From assembly GCA_040235515.1 (NCBI GenBank), contig JBECKX010000091.1, forward strand, positions 1-25,126: a DNA stretch of 25,126 nt, in the 5' to 3' direction. Of the stretch, positions 17,459-25,126 are shown one piece after another; within the stretch, counting starts at the first letter, position 1; the number at the start of each line of letters is the position of its first letter. The notes below the pieces were generated by a model. The model was not told where the DNA came from, searched no databases, and was given only the letters and a program-made list of their open reading frames with translations. Origin of the DNA: Candidatus Zixiibacteriota bacterium (GTDB lineage Bacteria > Zixibacteria > MSB-5A5 > CAIYYT01). Both the position numbers and the translations under genes were made by a program.

Positions 17459-18027
17459 GAGTCTCCCTTCGAGCGCAGATAGACGGTCACATCGAACTGA
17501 CACGCGATCGCCGGATTGAGTTCATCATCATAACCCAGATTGATGGACCTGAACTCCGAGAAGTACGACTGGTGTTCCAGATACTCGACGGCTTTGCCGA
17601 TATCCAGAAACCTGCCAACGAGAGCAACTTGCAGCAGGACCCGAGTCAGTTGCTGGTCACCAACTACAACCTTCCTGTGTGCGAGGACTTCCTCGACAAC
17701 GGGCCTGATCGTCACCTGGCGTAAGCCACGTGCGGCCAGCTTCGTGCTGAGCAGATCGATGAACTGCTCCAGGGAGTCGTCCGACATCAACTGCGCCAGA
17801 GTCCGTGACGTCTGTAGCTGTGCGGTTTCGCTCAACTCCGCTGACTGACCGGCGGTCAGGAAAAGGGTATGCAATTGCTGGAGTTCAGTCTCCAACTGCG
17901 CGCTGCGGTCGGCATAACTCTGAACTTCCCTGTTGCCGGGCAGAAGTACCAGTAGCAGCCAGGCGATCAGCGCCAGCACCGTAGCGGTAAAGACGAGCAA
18001 GCTTCTGTTCGTCGCGAATTGTCCCAC
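17455..18027 (-). CDS. PilO/GspM-like alignment protein
   Basis: N-terminal TM, coiled coil, ferredoxin-like C-terminus (LQVALVGRFLDIGKAVEYLE). Gene position fits. Confidence 0.8.
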   Translation of the reverse strand: MGQFATNRSLLVFTATVLALIAWLLLVLLPGNREVQSYADRSAQLETELQQLHTLFLTAGQSAELSETAQLQTSRTLAQLMSDDSLEQFIDLLSTKLAARGLRQVTIRPVVEEVLAHRKVVVGDQQLTRVLLQVALVGRFLDIGKAVEYLEHQSYFSEFRSINLGYDDELNPAIACQFDVTVYLRSKGDS

Positions 18028-19649
18028 TAGTTCATCCTCACCTGAAGCGTGAAATTGAGGCGATTGCCGTCACTGCCGAGTTCTCGTCGATAGGCATGCA
18101 AATCGACCTTGCTGACAAGCGCTGAGTTCTTCAAGTCCTCGATGAACTGCACCAATTCGATTTCCGGATATCTGGCACGACTCGAAACGAAGCCGTTGAG
18201 CGTGGCGTCGACAAAGCCGGGTGTGCCGCTCGGATGACTCGAAACTGTTTGAGTGCTTGTCATGAACGTGTTGGTGGGTATGGTGTTGCTGACCAGCTTC
18301 AGCAGTCTTGAATAGTGATTCGTCGCCTGCCGGAATTGTTGCCACTGTATGCGCCAGGTTTCACCGGCAGCACGCATCTCCGTAAGCTGTTGATACACCG
18401 GCGAACCGAGTTGCGCGTCGGTCAACTGCTTCAGGCTGTCGTGGTAGTTTCGTACCGACTGGAGCCGTTCCGCCTGCAGCAACCACGCCACCAGCAATGC
18501 GATCAGGGCCAGAGCCGCTAACCCAAGCGATGAGCGAAACCTGCGGCGTTCCAGTTGATCGCGCTTGATTTCCTCAGGAACCAGACCAAGCTTGCGAGCG
18601 GCCTTGTTCAGCGGAAGCTTGCCCGGTATGAACAGGTAGTTGTTTTCGATCGAGGTCGACGTTGACGTTGCTGCCGGCACCAGTGGTATGACGCTTACTC
18701 CGAGTGACTCGGACAATGTGGTTCTTGCCGCATCCTGAATCTCCGGCGGTAATGCGATAAACACGCGGCGCACCGATCGTTGAGTGAACTGTCCGTAGTA
18801 GAAGTCGAGTTCCTCGGCTACCGTGCGCGCAAGCTCATCTACATCAAGGCTCTGGTAGTAAAGGCGATCAGTGGAGAATGCATCACCACTCAGTTTGGCA
18901 AGGGATGCCTCAAACGCCTTTCCGATGTCGACAGAGTCGAGCAAAGCTTCGCGCGTAAATTCAACCGTGCCATTGTGCAGGCAGAAAACGCTGAGCCTGT
19001 TGCCCAGCAGCCTCACGATGGCGGCGCAGCACTCATCGGGACTGGATGCGAATTGCGTTTTCAATCCGGTCAGATAAGATTCCCATGCAGTCGCGGTGAG
19101 AACAACGCTCTCCACCGTGTGGCTGTTGCGGAGGTAACCAAACAGTGGTTGCAGGCGATGAGGCGGAACAGCGGCCGCCTGAATGTGGTGCTTGCGAGAA
19201 CTGCCCCATTCGACGGTGTCGATTATCCGCCAGGCAAAGAGGTCCTCGGACGGTTTGAAGGGAAATACCCGTTCAGCTTCCCACAACACGACTTTCCCGA
19301 GTTCGTTCTTCGGCACCACCGCAACGTGGTAGGTGCGCAGCATCGCATCGGTCAGGGAGAGTTGCAGATTGATGTGTGCTCGACCGATCCCTTCACGCTG
19401 CGTAAGCTGTTTGATCAACGCGCAGGCTCCATCGGCGGTACCAAGCGCTGAGTCAACGATGATTCCACCGTTTGTGATGCTCCCCTGGCGCGAACCGGTC
19501 CGGCTCCAGATCAAATAGTCATTACCCAACTCCAGATTGAGCGTGGGCCGGCTGAATCGATCAAGCAATGAGGGACGTCCCTCGCCGTTAGCCGGCGCAG
19601 AGACTGTGACCACTCCCGTTGCGCGTTTGGTTTCTGCCGTAACCATCAT
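18027..19649 (-). CDS. Fused PilM-like (cytoplasmic) and PilN-like (TM plus periplasmic) protein
   Basis: About 370-aa cytoplasmic region with PilM-like features (ELGKVVLWEAERVFPF, ELARTVAEELDFYYGQF), a single TM, a coiled coil, and a PilN-like end (LLKLVSNTIPTNTFMT...LNG...FIEDLKNSALVSKVDL...FTLQV). Confidence 0.8.
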   Translation of the reverse strand: MMVTAETKRATGVVTVSAPANGEGRPSLLDRFSRPTLNLELGNDYLIWSRTGSRQGSITNGGIIVDSALGTADGACALIKQLTQREGIGRAHINLQLSLTDAMLRTYHVAVVPKNELGKVVLWEAERVFPFKPSEDLFAWRIIDTVEWGSSRKHHIQAAAVPPHRLQPLFGYLRNSHTVESVVLTATAWESYLTGLKTQFASSPDECCAAIVRLLGNRLSVFCLHNGTVEFTREALLDSVDIGKAFEASLAKLSGDAFSTDRLYYQSLDVDELARTVAEELDFYYGQFTQRSVRRVFIALPPEIQDAARTTLSESLGVSVIPLVPAATSTSTSIENNYLFIPGKLPLNKAARKLGLVPEEIKRDQLERRRFRSSLGLAALALIALLVAWLLQAERLQSVRNYHDSLKQLTDAQLGSPVYQQLTEMRAAGETWRIQWQQFRQATNHYSRLLKLVSNTIPTNTFMTSTQTVSSHPSGTPGFVDATLNGFVSSRARYPEIELVQFIEDLKNSALVSKVDLHAYRRELGSDGNRLNFTLQVRMN

Positions 19650-20464
19650 CAGGTGCTCCTTCCGGTTGATAGCGGGTCGGACCGCAGAGCGTACACTGCA
19701 TCAGTCGGGTCATTCGACAGGTGCGCAACCGGCAGGGATCCGAGTCTTAAGACGACGTTGATGGTTGAGCCGGGAAGCACTGAGACCGACGCCTCGGATG
19801 TATCGCTTGCGGTGGTCAAAATCGCCCGGACGCGATGATTCCCGCATGGTACAAAGCCGTCGAAGCTGAAGCTCCCGTCGCCGGCCGGGATGAGGATGCT
19901 GTCGCGCGCGCTGCCACTGCCATCAGGGTATGTGAGGACGACCCGGATGTTAACAGCCTGGCTGCCCGGTTCATCGCCGACAGAATTGGTTATCGTGCCT
20001 GAGATGCTATTGCCGAGAAGCTGCGAGACGCTTGATGCCGCCATGACGCTCAGCGTGTCGCCGGATGGATCAACTGCGATTACCCGGTTGCCGAGCAGCA
20101 GGTAGCTTCCCCCCCATGCATCGTAGCGATAGTCATCGGCATAGTTGCTGTATGCGATCGGCAGGTAGGGTCCGCGCCACGTCGAGAAGCCGGGATTTGA
20201 AACCAGGTTTTCAAGGCTGGCAGGGATGTTTCCGACGTCACCGACGTAGCCGAAGTCTAGTCGGGCACCGTTGGCGTAGAGTTCGGGATTGCCCGCGATA
20301 GCATCGGCGATACGCTGCATTTCGGCGATTGTATCTTGCCGACGCGATTCATCCAGTGCGTTCGTTGCGACTTGCAGTCCTGCCGTGACTGCCAGGCCGA
20401 GCACTACAATCAACAGGATCACCTGAATCAATCCAAACCCGCGCGAGTTGAGTCTCAAGTTCAT
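19649..20464 (-). CDS. Minor prepilin lacking Glu5, with a GspG-like domain and a C-terminal beta-sandwich-like domain
   Basis: Class III signal SRG|FGLIQV, hydrophobic helix, FGYVGDVG, WRGPYL, DAWGGSY, then ISGTITNSVG...GSFSF...GNHRVRA. Start placed at ATG 20464. Confidence 0.82.
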   Translation of the reverse strand: MNLRLNSRGFGLIQVILLIVVLGLAVTAGLQVATNALDESRRQDTIAEMQRIADAIAGNPELYANGARLDFGYVGDVGNIPASLENLVSNPGFSTWRGPYLPIAYSNYADDYRYDAWGGSYLLLGNRVIAVDPSGDTLSVMAASSVSQLLGNSISGTITNSVGDEPGSQAVNIRVVLTYPDGSGSARDSILIPAGDGSFSFDGFVPCGNHRVRAILTTASDTSEASVSVLPGSTINVVLRLGSLPVAHLSNDPTDAVYALRSDPLSTGRST

Positions 20465-20501
20465 GAGCAGTGACTTGATCGCCAGGGTTGAGTGCGGTGA
20501 A

Positions 20502-21647
20502 TTATGGCGTTGTGAACGTGATGCTGCTGCCATCTGAAAACTCGATTGTGAAATCTGTTCCGTGCATATCCACTCTTGATCCGCCGGTAGGTGTCAGGCG
20601 GAAATCACGAAGCCTTACTTGCAGTGTGGCGCCGGAAGCCAGTATCTTGGAGTTGTTGAAATTTGCTATTTCACCGCTGCCGGCGCGTGGATTCCGGCTG
20701 TTGAACACATTGCTGCCGTCCCAATCCACATATCTGAAGTAGGCTGTTTTCGAATAGGTTGCGGTGATCGATGATATCATCACCAGCGCGCTTCCAAAGT
20801 TGCTGACGCTGAACCGCACATGCTGGTTCTGGTTGCCATAGACCTGGACCGTACCGGGCGCCAACTCGACGCTTCCGGAGCCACCACCGCCTCCGACACT
20901 CACCGTTGCGGCCCAGAGTGCACCGGGAAATCGGAGGTTCACTGGAACAGATGAGTTAGGCAGCACGGAAGCGACAGCTTCCACCGTGTCATCGGATGAA
21001 GAATACACCGCCCGCAGCGAGTGATTCCCGATTGGCAGACAATTGTTGAAGGAGAACCTGCCGGAACGGGAGGGCGCCACCGTCGAATCCTTGGTGCCAC
21101 CACTGCCGTTGGGGAAGCTTATTGTCACGCTCACCATAGCGGCGGAATCGCCCGGCGGGTTGCCAACGCCATCGGTGATTGTGCCTGTCACGCTGTTGCT
21201 GACCAGGGCCGAGCTTGAGGGTGCCACGATGCGGGTAAGGGTTTCAGTGCCTCCCACCGACTGAATCGTAGTTCCTCCAAACTGGTATAGGGCGCCCCAG
21301 GCGTCACGCTTGTAGTCATCACCATAGTTGGAGAAATCGCTTTGAATGTATGGCCCGCGCCAGGTAGCATAACCGGGGGAACTGACAAGATCATCGAGGC
21401 TCGCCGGCAGGGCACCGATATCGCCGACATAGCCGAAGTCGGTGCGAAGACCATTGCTGCGAAGTTCAGCGTTACCAACGATAGCGTTAGCCAGTTGATC
21501 CAGCTCGAGCCTGGTTTCTTCCACCCGGGATGATTCTATGCTGCCGGAGAGGGAGCGCACAGCCACAGCGGTCAGTATGCCCATGATGATGATCACCATC
21601 ACCACCTCCACGAGGGTCATACCGATCTCTGACTTAATGCGCTTCAT
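20502..21647 (-). CDS. Large minor prepilin with a GspG-like domain and two C-terminal beta-rich domains
   Basis: Class III signal EIG|MTLVEV, FGYVGDIG, WRGPYI, DAWGALY, VTGTITDGVGNP domain, GGGGGSGS linker, final domain of about 120 aa. Confidence 0.85.
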   Translation of the reverse strand: MKRIKSEIGMTLVEVVMVIIIMGILTAVAVRSLSGSIESSRVEETRLELDQLANAIVGNAELRSNGLRTDFGYVGDIGALPASLDDLVSSPGYATWRGPYIQSDFSNYGDDYKRDAWGALYQFGGTTIQSVGGTETLTRIVAPSSSALVSNSVTGTITDGVGNPPGDSAAMVSVTISFPNGSGGTKDSTVAPSRSGRFSFNNCLPIGNHSLRAVYSSSDDTVEAVASVLPNSSVPVNLRFPGALWAATVSVGGGGGSGSVELAPGTVQVYGNQNQHVRFSVSNFGSALVMISSITATYSKTAYFRYVDWDGSNVFNSRNPRAGSGEIANFNNSKILASGATLQVRLRDFRLTPTGGSRVDMHGTDFTIEFSDGSSITFTTP

Positions 21648-21700
21648 GGGCCGAAACTCGCTTGTTAAGCTGATTTGTTCTGTTCCGCAGCTGACTCGAG

Positions 21701-22159
21701 CTAGAAATTGAGTGTGATGTCGCTGCCGGAACCGGTCGACTTGATCGTGCGGGCTCCGGGGTCGTAGACATAAGCCGCGCCCCAGGCATCCCTGAGATAG
21801 TCTCCGCCGGTTGAGTCGAGATAGGGACCGTTCCAGCCTCGTCGAGCGATCGAGTTGTAAGCCGAGACGCTATCCGGTTTTCTGACCAAGTCGCTCAGGT
21901 TGTTGGGAAGACTGCCCACGTCGCCCAAATAGCCGCGGTCGACATGACGGCCGGCCGCGACCACCTTTGAATCCCCAACGATGGCACGCTTGATCGTTGC
22001 CATCTCCGACTGACTGGCTTTAATCTTCGACTGTTCGACGAAATCGGTGTACTTGACTATGGCCACCACCGCGATGATCCCCAGCACCACGATGATGATG
22101 ACAAGCTCTATGAGTGTGAAGCCAGCAGCTGACCTGAGACTGCTGTTTCGCTGGTTCAT
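21701..22159 (-). CDS. Prepilin with a GspG-like (T2SS pseudopilin-type) C-terminal motif
   Basis: AAG|FTLIELVIIIVVLGII, GYLGDVGSLP..LSDLV, WNGPYL, DAWGAAYVY, IKSTG. Confidence 0.88.
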   Translation of the reverse strand: MNQRNSSLRSAAGFTLIELVIIIVVLGIIAVVAIVKYTDFVEQSKIKASQSEMATIKRAIVGDSKVVAAGRHVDRGYLGDVGSLPNNLSDLVRKPDSVSAYNSIARRGWNGPYLDSTGGDYLRDAWGAAYVYDPGARTIKSTGSGSDITLNF

Positions 22160-22588
22160 TTACCAGTTGTTCTCGCCATTAACGCTGGTGTTGGGCCAGA
22201 TTTCGCCCGTGGTCGGGTTGTATGCCCATCCGCCGCGCGAACCCACCGTCGTACCCTTGGTGACACCGGTTACTATCGAATCTGGTGCGGCGTCAGAGCT
22301 CTGGTACGGATTTGCGGGTAGCGAGTTCATCATCACGACTCCCGGTGTCTTCAAACTGTCGATCGGTGGCCACTCGGCGGTTCCTGACTTGACGGCAGTG
22401 TTGGCATAGTAGATTGAGATACCACTGCGTAGATTTCCGAGCGCACCCTTCGTTGCAGCGACTTTCGCTTCACCACTGATGTCCTGGTACTTCGGAATCG
22501 CGACTGCGGCAATGATGCCCAAGACGACGATTATGATCACCAGTTCGATCAGGGTAAAGCCTGATTGATTCCTGAGTGCCTGCAGCAT
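22160..22588 (-). CDS. Type IV prepilin, probable major subunit (MshA-like)
   Basis: Short leader NQSG|FTLIELVIIIVVLGIIAAVAIPKY, EAKVAATKGALGNLRSGISIYY. Strong AAGGAG RBS and its own 85-bp upstream intergenic region. Confidence 0.88.
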   Translation of the reverse strand: MLQALRNQSGFTLIELVIIIVVLGIIAAVAIPKYQDISGEAKVAATKGALGNLRSGISIYYANTAVKSGTAEWPPIDSLKTPGVVMMNSLPANPYQSSDAAPDSIVTGVTKGTTVGSRGGWAYNPTTGEIWPNTSVNGENNW

Positions 22589-22641
22589 GGTAAGTCTCCT
22601 TTACTTAACCCATTGACTGGATACAGCTTTCCATTGATAAA

Positions 22642-22668
22642 ATGTCGGATGATTGGCCGATTTCTTGA
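22642..22668 (-). promoter_or_regulatory. Candidate sigma-28-type internal promoter for the pilin genes
   Basis: Minus strand reads TCAA-N15-TCCGACAT versus T(A/C)AA-N15-GCCGATAA, about 55 nt upstream of the pilin ATG. Confidence 0.5.
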
Positions 22669-22673
22669 GCCCC

Positions 22674-23891
22674 TCAAGAGCGAAAAACCTCAATCAGGTT
22701 CCACATCGGCAGGAAGATTGCGAGCGCCAGACCGAGCACGACGGCACCAAGAAAGAGGATCAGGAACGGCTCAATCAGGCTCATCAAACGGCGAGTAGTG
22801 TAGTCGACTTCCCGGTCGTAGAATGAGGCGATCTGTCGCAACATGTAGTCCAGCGATCCTGATTCAAGCCCCACCTGCATCAACGATAACGCGAGGTTGG
22901 GGAAGTGTGGCAGCAGATGTCGGATCTTGGCCAGGCCTGCTCCCTGCCTGATCTGGAGACGCATATGTTCCACCTCCGCGGCGACCACGCGGTTGCCGAC
23001 TGCATCGCGCACGGTCTCGAGCCCTTCGAGCAACGGAGCCCCGGAGGAAAAGGTCACCTCCAGCATGTGAGCAAAACGAGAAATGTAGATTTTATTGAAG
23101 AGTTGACCGAACACCGGTAGTTTCAAAATGAGACGGTCAAGTTTTTCACGCACCGCGCGCAGCCGGAACAGCCTGAAACAGGTTGGAATCGCGACGACCA
23201 CGACGAACAACAAGATCGGCCAATAGTGCGAGATCAGTTGGTTCAGTTCGATCAGTATCCGCGTGGGTAGCGGTAGCTCCGCCGAGTTACGCGCATAGAA
23301 TTCCGCAAACTTTGGCACGACGAATGTCACCAGCACGAAGAACGCCACGATAACTGTCAGGATCACGAGGATCGGATAGCGCACAGCTGTTTTTATCTGC
23401 TCGCGTGTCTCGAGGTCGCGCTCCATCGTGTTGGCGAGTTTCTCGAGCACGATATCCATACGCCCGGAGTTCTCTGCTATCCGCACGGCGCTGATGTAAG
23501 TATCACTGAAGACATGCAAATGTTGTTCGAGCGCCTCCGAGAGGGAGTGGCCGCGTTCGAGATCCGATTGCAGGTTTGCAGCAACTTCGCCTATCGTCCC
23601 TGCGGTTTCCTGGTCGGCGATGATACCGAGGGCATTCGTGATGGGGACGCCTGCCTTGTAAAGCGCATGGAGTTTACGCGTGAAGAGGATGAGGTCCTCG
23701 CCGGCGTGTCGTCGTCTGACTACCGCGATGGCTCGCTGGATTGCATTTCTGCCGCGGGCCTTGACCGAGATCGGAATCAGTTCGCGTTCATTGAGGTAGT
23801 CCTCGACTGCTTCGAGCGAATCGAATCTTACCGTACCCTCGAACGGGTTCCCTTCGCGATCGCGTGCTTTATACTCAAAATCAACCGGCAT
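22674..23891 (-). CDS. Inner-membrane platform protein (PilC/GspF/MshG family)
   Basis: FEYKARDREG, LILFTRKL..LYKAGVPI, AENSGRMD.VL, AVRYP, VVPKF, LPLPTRIL, GLESGSLD.ML, LIEP, AIFLPMW. Confidence 0.96.
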   Translation of the reverse strand: MPVDFEYKARDREGNPFEGTVRFDSLEAVEDYLNERELIPISVKARGRNAIQRAIAVVRRRHAGEDLILFTRKLHALYKAGVPITNALGIIADQETAGTIGEVAANLQSDLERGHSLSEALEQHLHVFSDTYISAVRIAENSGRMDIVLEKLANTMERDLETREQIKTAVRYPILVILTVIVAFFVLVTFVVPKFAEFYARNSAELPLPTRILIELNQLISHYWPILLFVVVVAIPTCFRLFRLRAVREKLDRLILKLPVFGQLFNKIYISRFAHMLEVTFSSGAPLLEGLETVRDAVGNRVVAAEVEHMRLQIRQGAGLAKIRHLLPHFPNLALSLMQVGLESGSLDYMLRQIASFYDREVDYTTRRLMSLIEPFLILFLGAVVLGLALAIFLPMWNLIEVFRS

Positions 23892-25125
23892 CGGCTAGTG
23901 CGACCTCCGGCTCATCCTGCTGGGTGACGCGAACTATCTCACGGTAGGTGGTTATACCTGCCAGCGCCTTGTTGATGACCTCTTCGCGCATCGTCTTCAT
24001 TCCCTGTTGCTGAGCGACACGCTTGATCTCGCTGCTGGAGGTTTCCGACATCATCAACTCGCGAATCTTATCGTTGGTGCGCAGGAATTCATAAATCCCG
24101 ACTCGTCCAACGTAGCCGGAGCCGCCGCACTCCTCGCAGCCGACACCTTTGTAGAAGGGTCCGACAGCGTTTGTCCGTCCGACTCCGATCGACTCGAATA
24201 TTGCGGGCGAGAGCTTTTCTTCGATTCTGCAGTTGGCGCAGATTGTTCGCACGAGGCGTTGTGCCAGCACGCCAAGCAGGCAACTTGCGAGAAGATACTC
24301 CTCCACACCCATGTCGAGCAGTCGCGCAACAGCGCTCGCAGCATCATTGGTATGTATGGTAGAGAGAACCAGGTGTCCCGTCAGGGCCGAACGCACAGCC
24401 ATCGCTGCAGTCTCGGAGTCACGAATCTCACCCACCATGATCACGTCGGGATTCTGTCGGAGAATCGAACGTAGCGCCGAAGCAAAGGTCATTCCGGCTT
24501 TCTCATTGATCTGCACCTGGTTGATCAGCGGCAGGCTGTATTCGACGGGGTCTTCGACCGTAATGATGTTCTTCTCAACGCTCTTGATCTCGTTGAGCGC
24601 GGCGTATAGCGTCGTTGTTTTACCCGATCCGGTCGGTCCGGTGATCAGAATCAAACCCTCGGGCTTTCTGATGATCTCAGCAAACTGACTCTGTGTCTCT
24701 TCATCGAAGCCGAGATTCTCCAGCCCCAGTACAAGGTTGCGGCGATCGAGCACGCGCAGGACCACCTTCTCACCGTGAATTGTCGGCAGGGTCGAGGCTC
24801 GCACATCAATATCGTTGTTACCGACCGTGACGACAAACCGTCCATCCTGCGGAACTCGTTTTTCCGATACATCCATGTGAGCCATCACTTTGATGCGCGA
24901 GACGATACTAGCATGCAGAGTCTTCGGTGGGGCGTTCTGCTCGCGCAACAGGCCGTTTACGCGATAACGCACCATCATGCTATCCTCGGAAGGCTCGATA
25001 TGAATATCGGAGGCGCGCTCTTTGACGGCCTGGATGATCATCAGGTTGACCAGCTTTACCAGCGGCGCTTCCGAGGTTGCGCCTTCCGCCTCTTCGATGG
25101 TTGCCGCGATATCGGTAGCGGTTTC
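23881..25125 (-). CDS. Assembly ATPase (PilB/GspE/MshE family), 5'-truncated by the window edge
   Basis: ASDIHIEP, RVPQDGRF, Walker A GPTGSGKTTT, TVEDPVEY, LRQNPDVIMVGEIRD, LTGHLVLSTIHTND, tetracysteine CANC...CEEC. The frame stays open from 25041 to the window end (APLVKLVNLMIIQA). Confidence 0.97.
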   Translation of the reverse strand, partial: ETATDIAATIEEAEGATSEAPLVKLVNLMIIQAVKERASDIHIEPSEDSMMVRYRVNGLLREQNAPPKTLHASIVSRIKVMAHMDVSEKRVPQDGRFVVTVGNNDIDVRASTLPTIHGEKVVLRVLDRRNLVLGLENLGFDEETQSQFAEIIRKPEGLILITGPTGSGKTTTLYAALNEIKSVEKNIITVEDPVEYSLPLINQVQINEKAGMTFASALRSILRQNPDVIMVGEIRDSETAAMAVRSALTGHLVLSTIHTNDAASAVARLLDMGVEEYLLASCLLGVLAQRLVRTICANCRIEEKLSPAIFESIGVGRTNAVGPFYKGVGCEECGGSGYVGRVGIYEFLRTNDKIRELMMSETSSSEIKRVAQQQGMKTMREEVINKALAGITTYREIVRVTQQDEPEVALADAG

Positions 25126-25126
25126 A

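Noticed and set aside
19649..22588. Pilin antigenic-variation cassettes or a shufflon
   Set aside because: All four pilins are intact with their own leaders, nucleotide identity between them is low, and no recombinase or repeated crossover sites are seen.
15691..25126. Assigning specific gsp, pil or msh gene symbols
   Set aside because: The components point to different subfamilies, so symbols would overstate certainty without a phylogeny.
1..25126. CRISPR arrays, tRNA/rRNA genes, transposases, integrases, known riboswitches
   Set aside because: None was recognised by eye. Intergenic spaces are short and show no regularly spaced repeats. A covariance-model search was not run.

Overview
Gene-dense, GC-rich bacterial window from a diderm organism (it encodes a secretin and a predicted outer-membrane barrel). 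No rRNA, tRNA, CRISPR array or mobile element was recognised. There are three blocks. (1) 1-8275: a minus-strand operon (predicted outer-membrane beta-barrel, universal stress protein, then a gene running off the left edge) behind a near-consensus sigma-54 promoter with a tandem palindromic upstream site. Directly upstream are an NtrC-family response regulator and a membrane histidine kinase (periplasmic sensor-HAMP-GAF-PAS-kinase). A CstB-like persulfide dioxygenase-rhodanese fusion is transcribed divergently. (2) 8383-15602, plus strand: Ser/Thr kinase with TolB-N-like and TPR domains, GNAT, VOC/glyoxalase, a 576-aa hypothetical protein with a cryptic GNAT-like core, a GreA-family factor and an HDOD protein. 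(3) 15691-25126, minus strand: a type IV filament cluster (PilB/GspE ATPase truncated at the window edge, PilC/GspF, four prepilins, a PilM-PilN fusion, PilO-like, PilP/MshK-like, compact secretin). The cluster mixes an MshA-like pilin with three paralogous GspG-like pilins, two carrying extra C-terminal beta-rich domains, and the first pilin has a sigma-28-like promoter. All calls come from manual motif reading; no database search was run.
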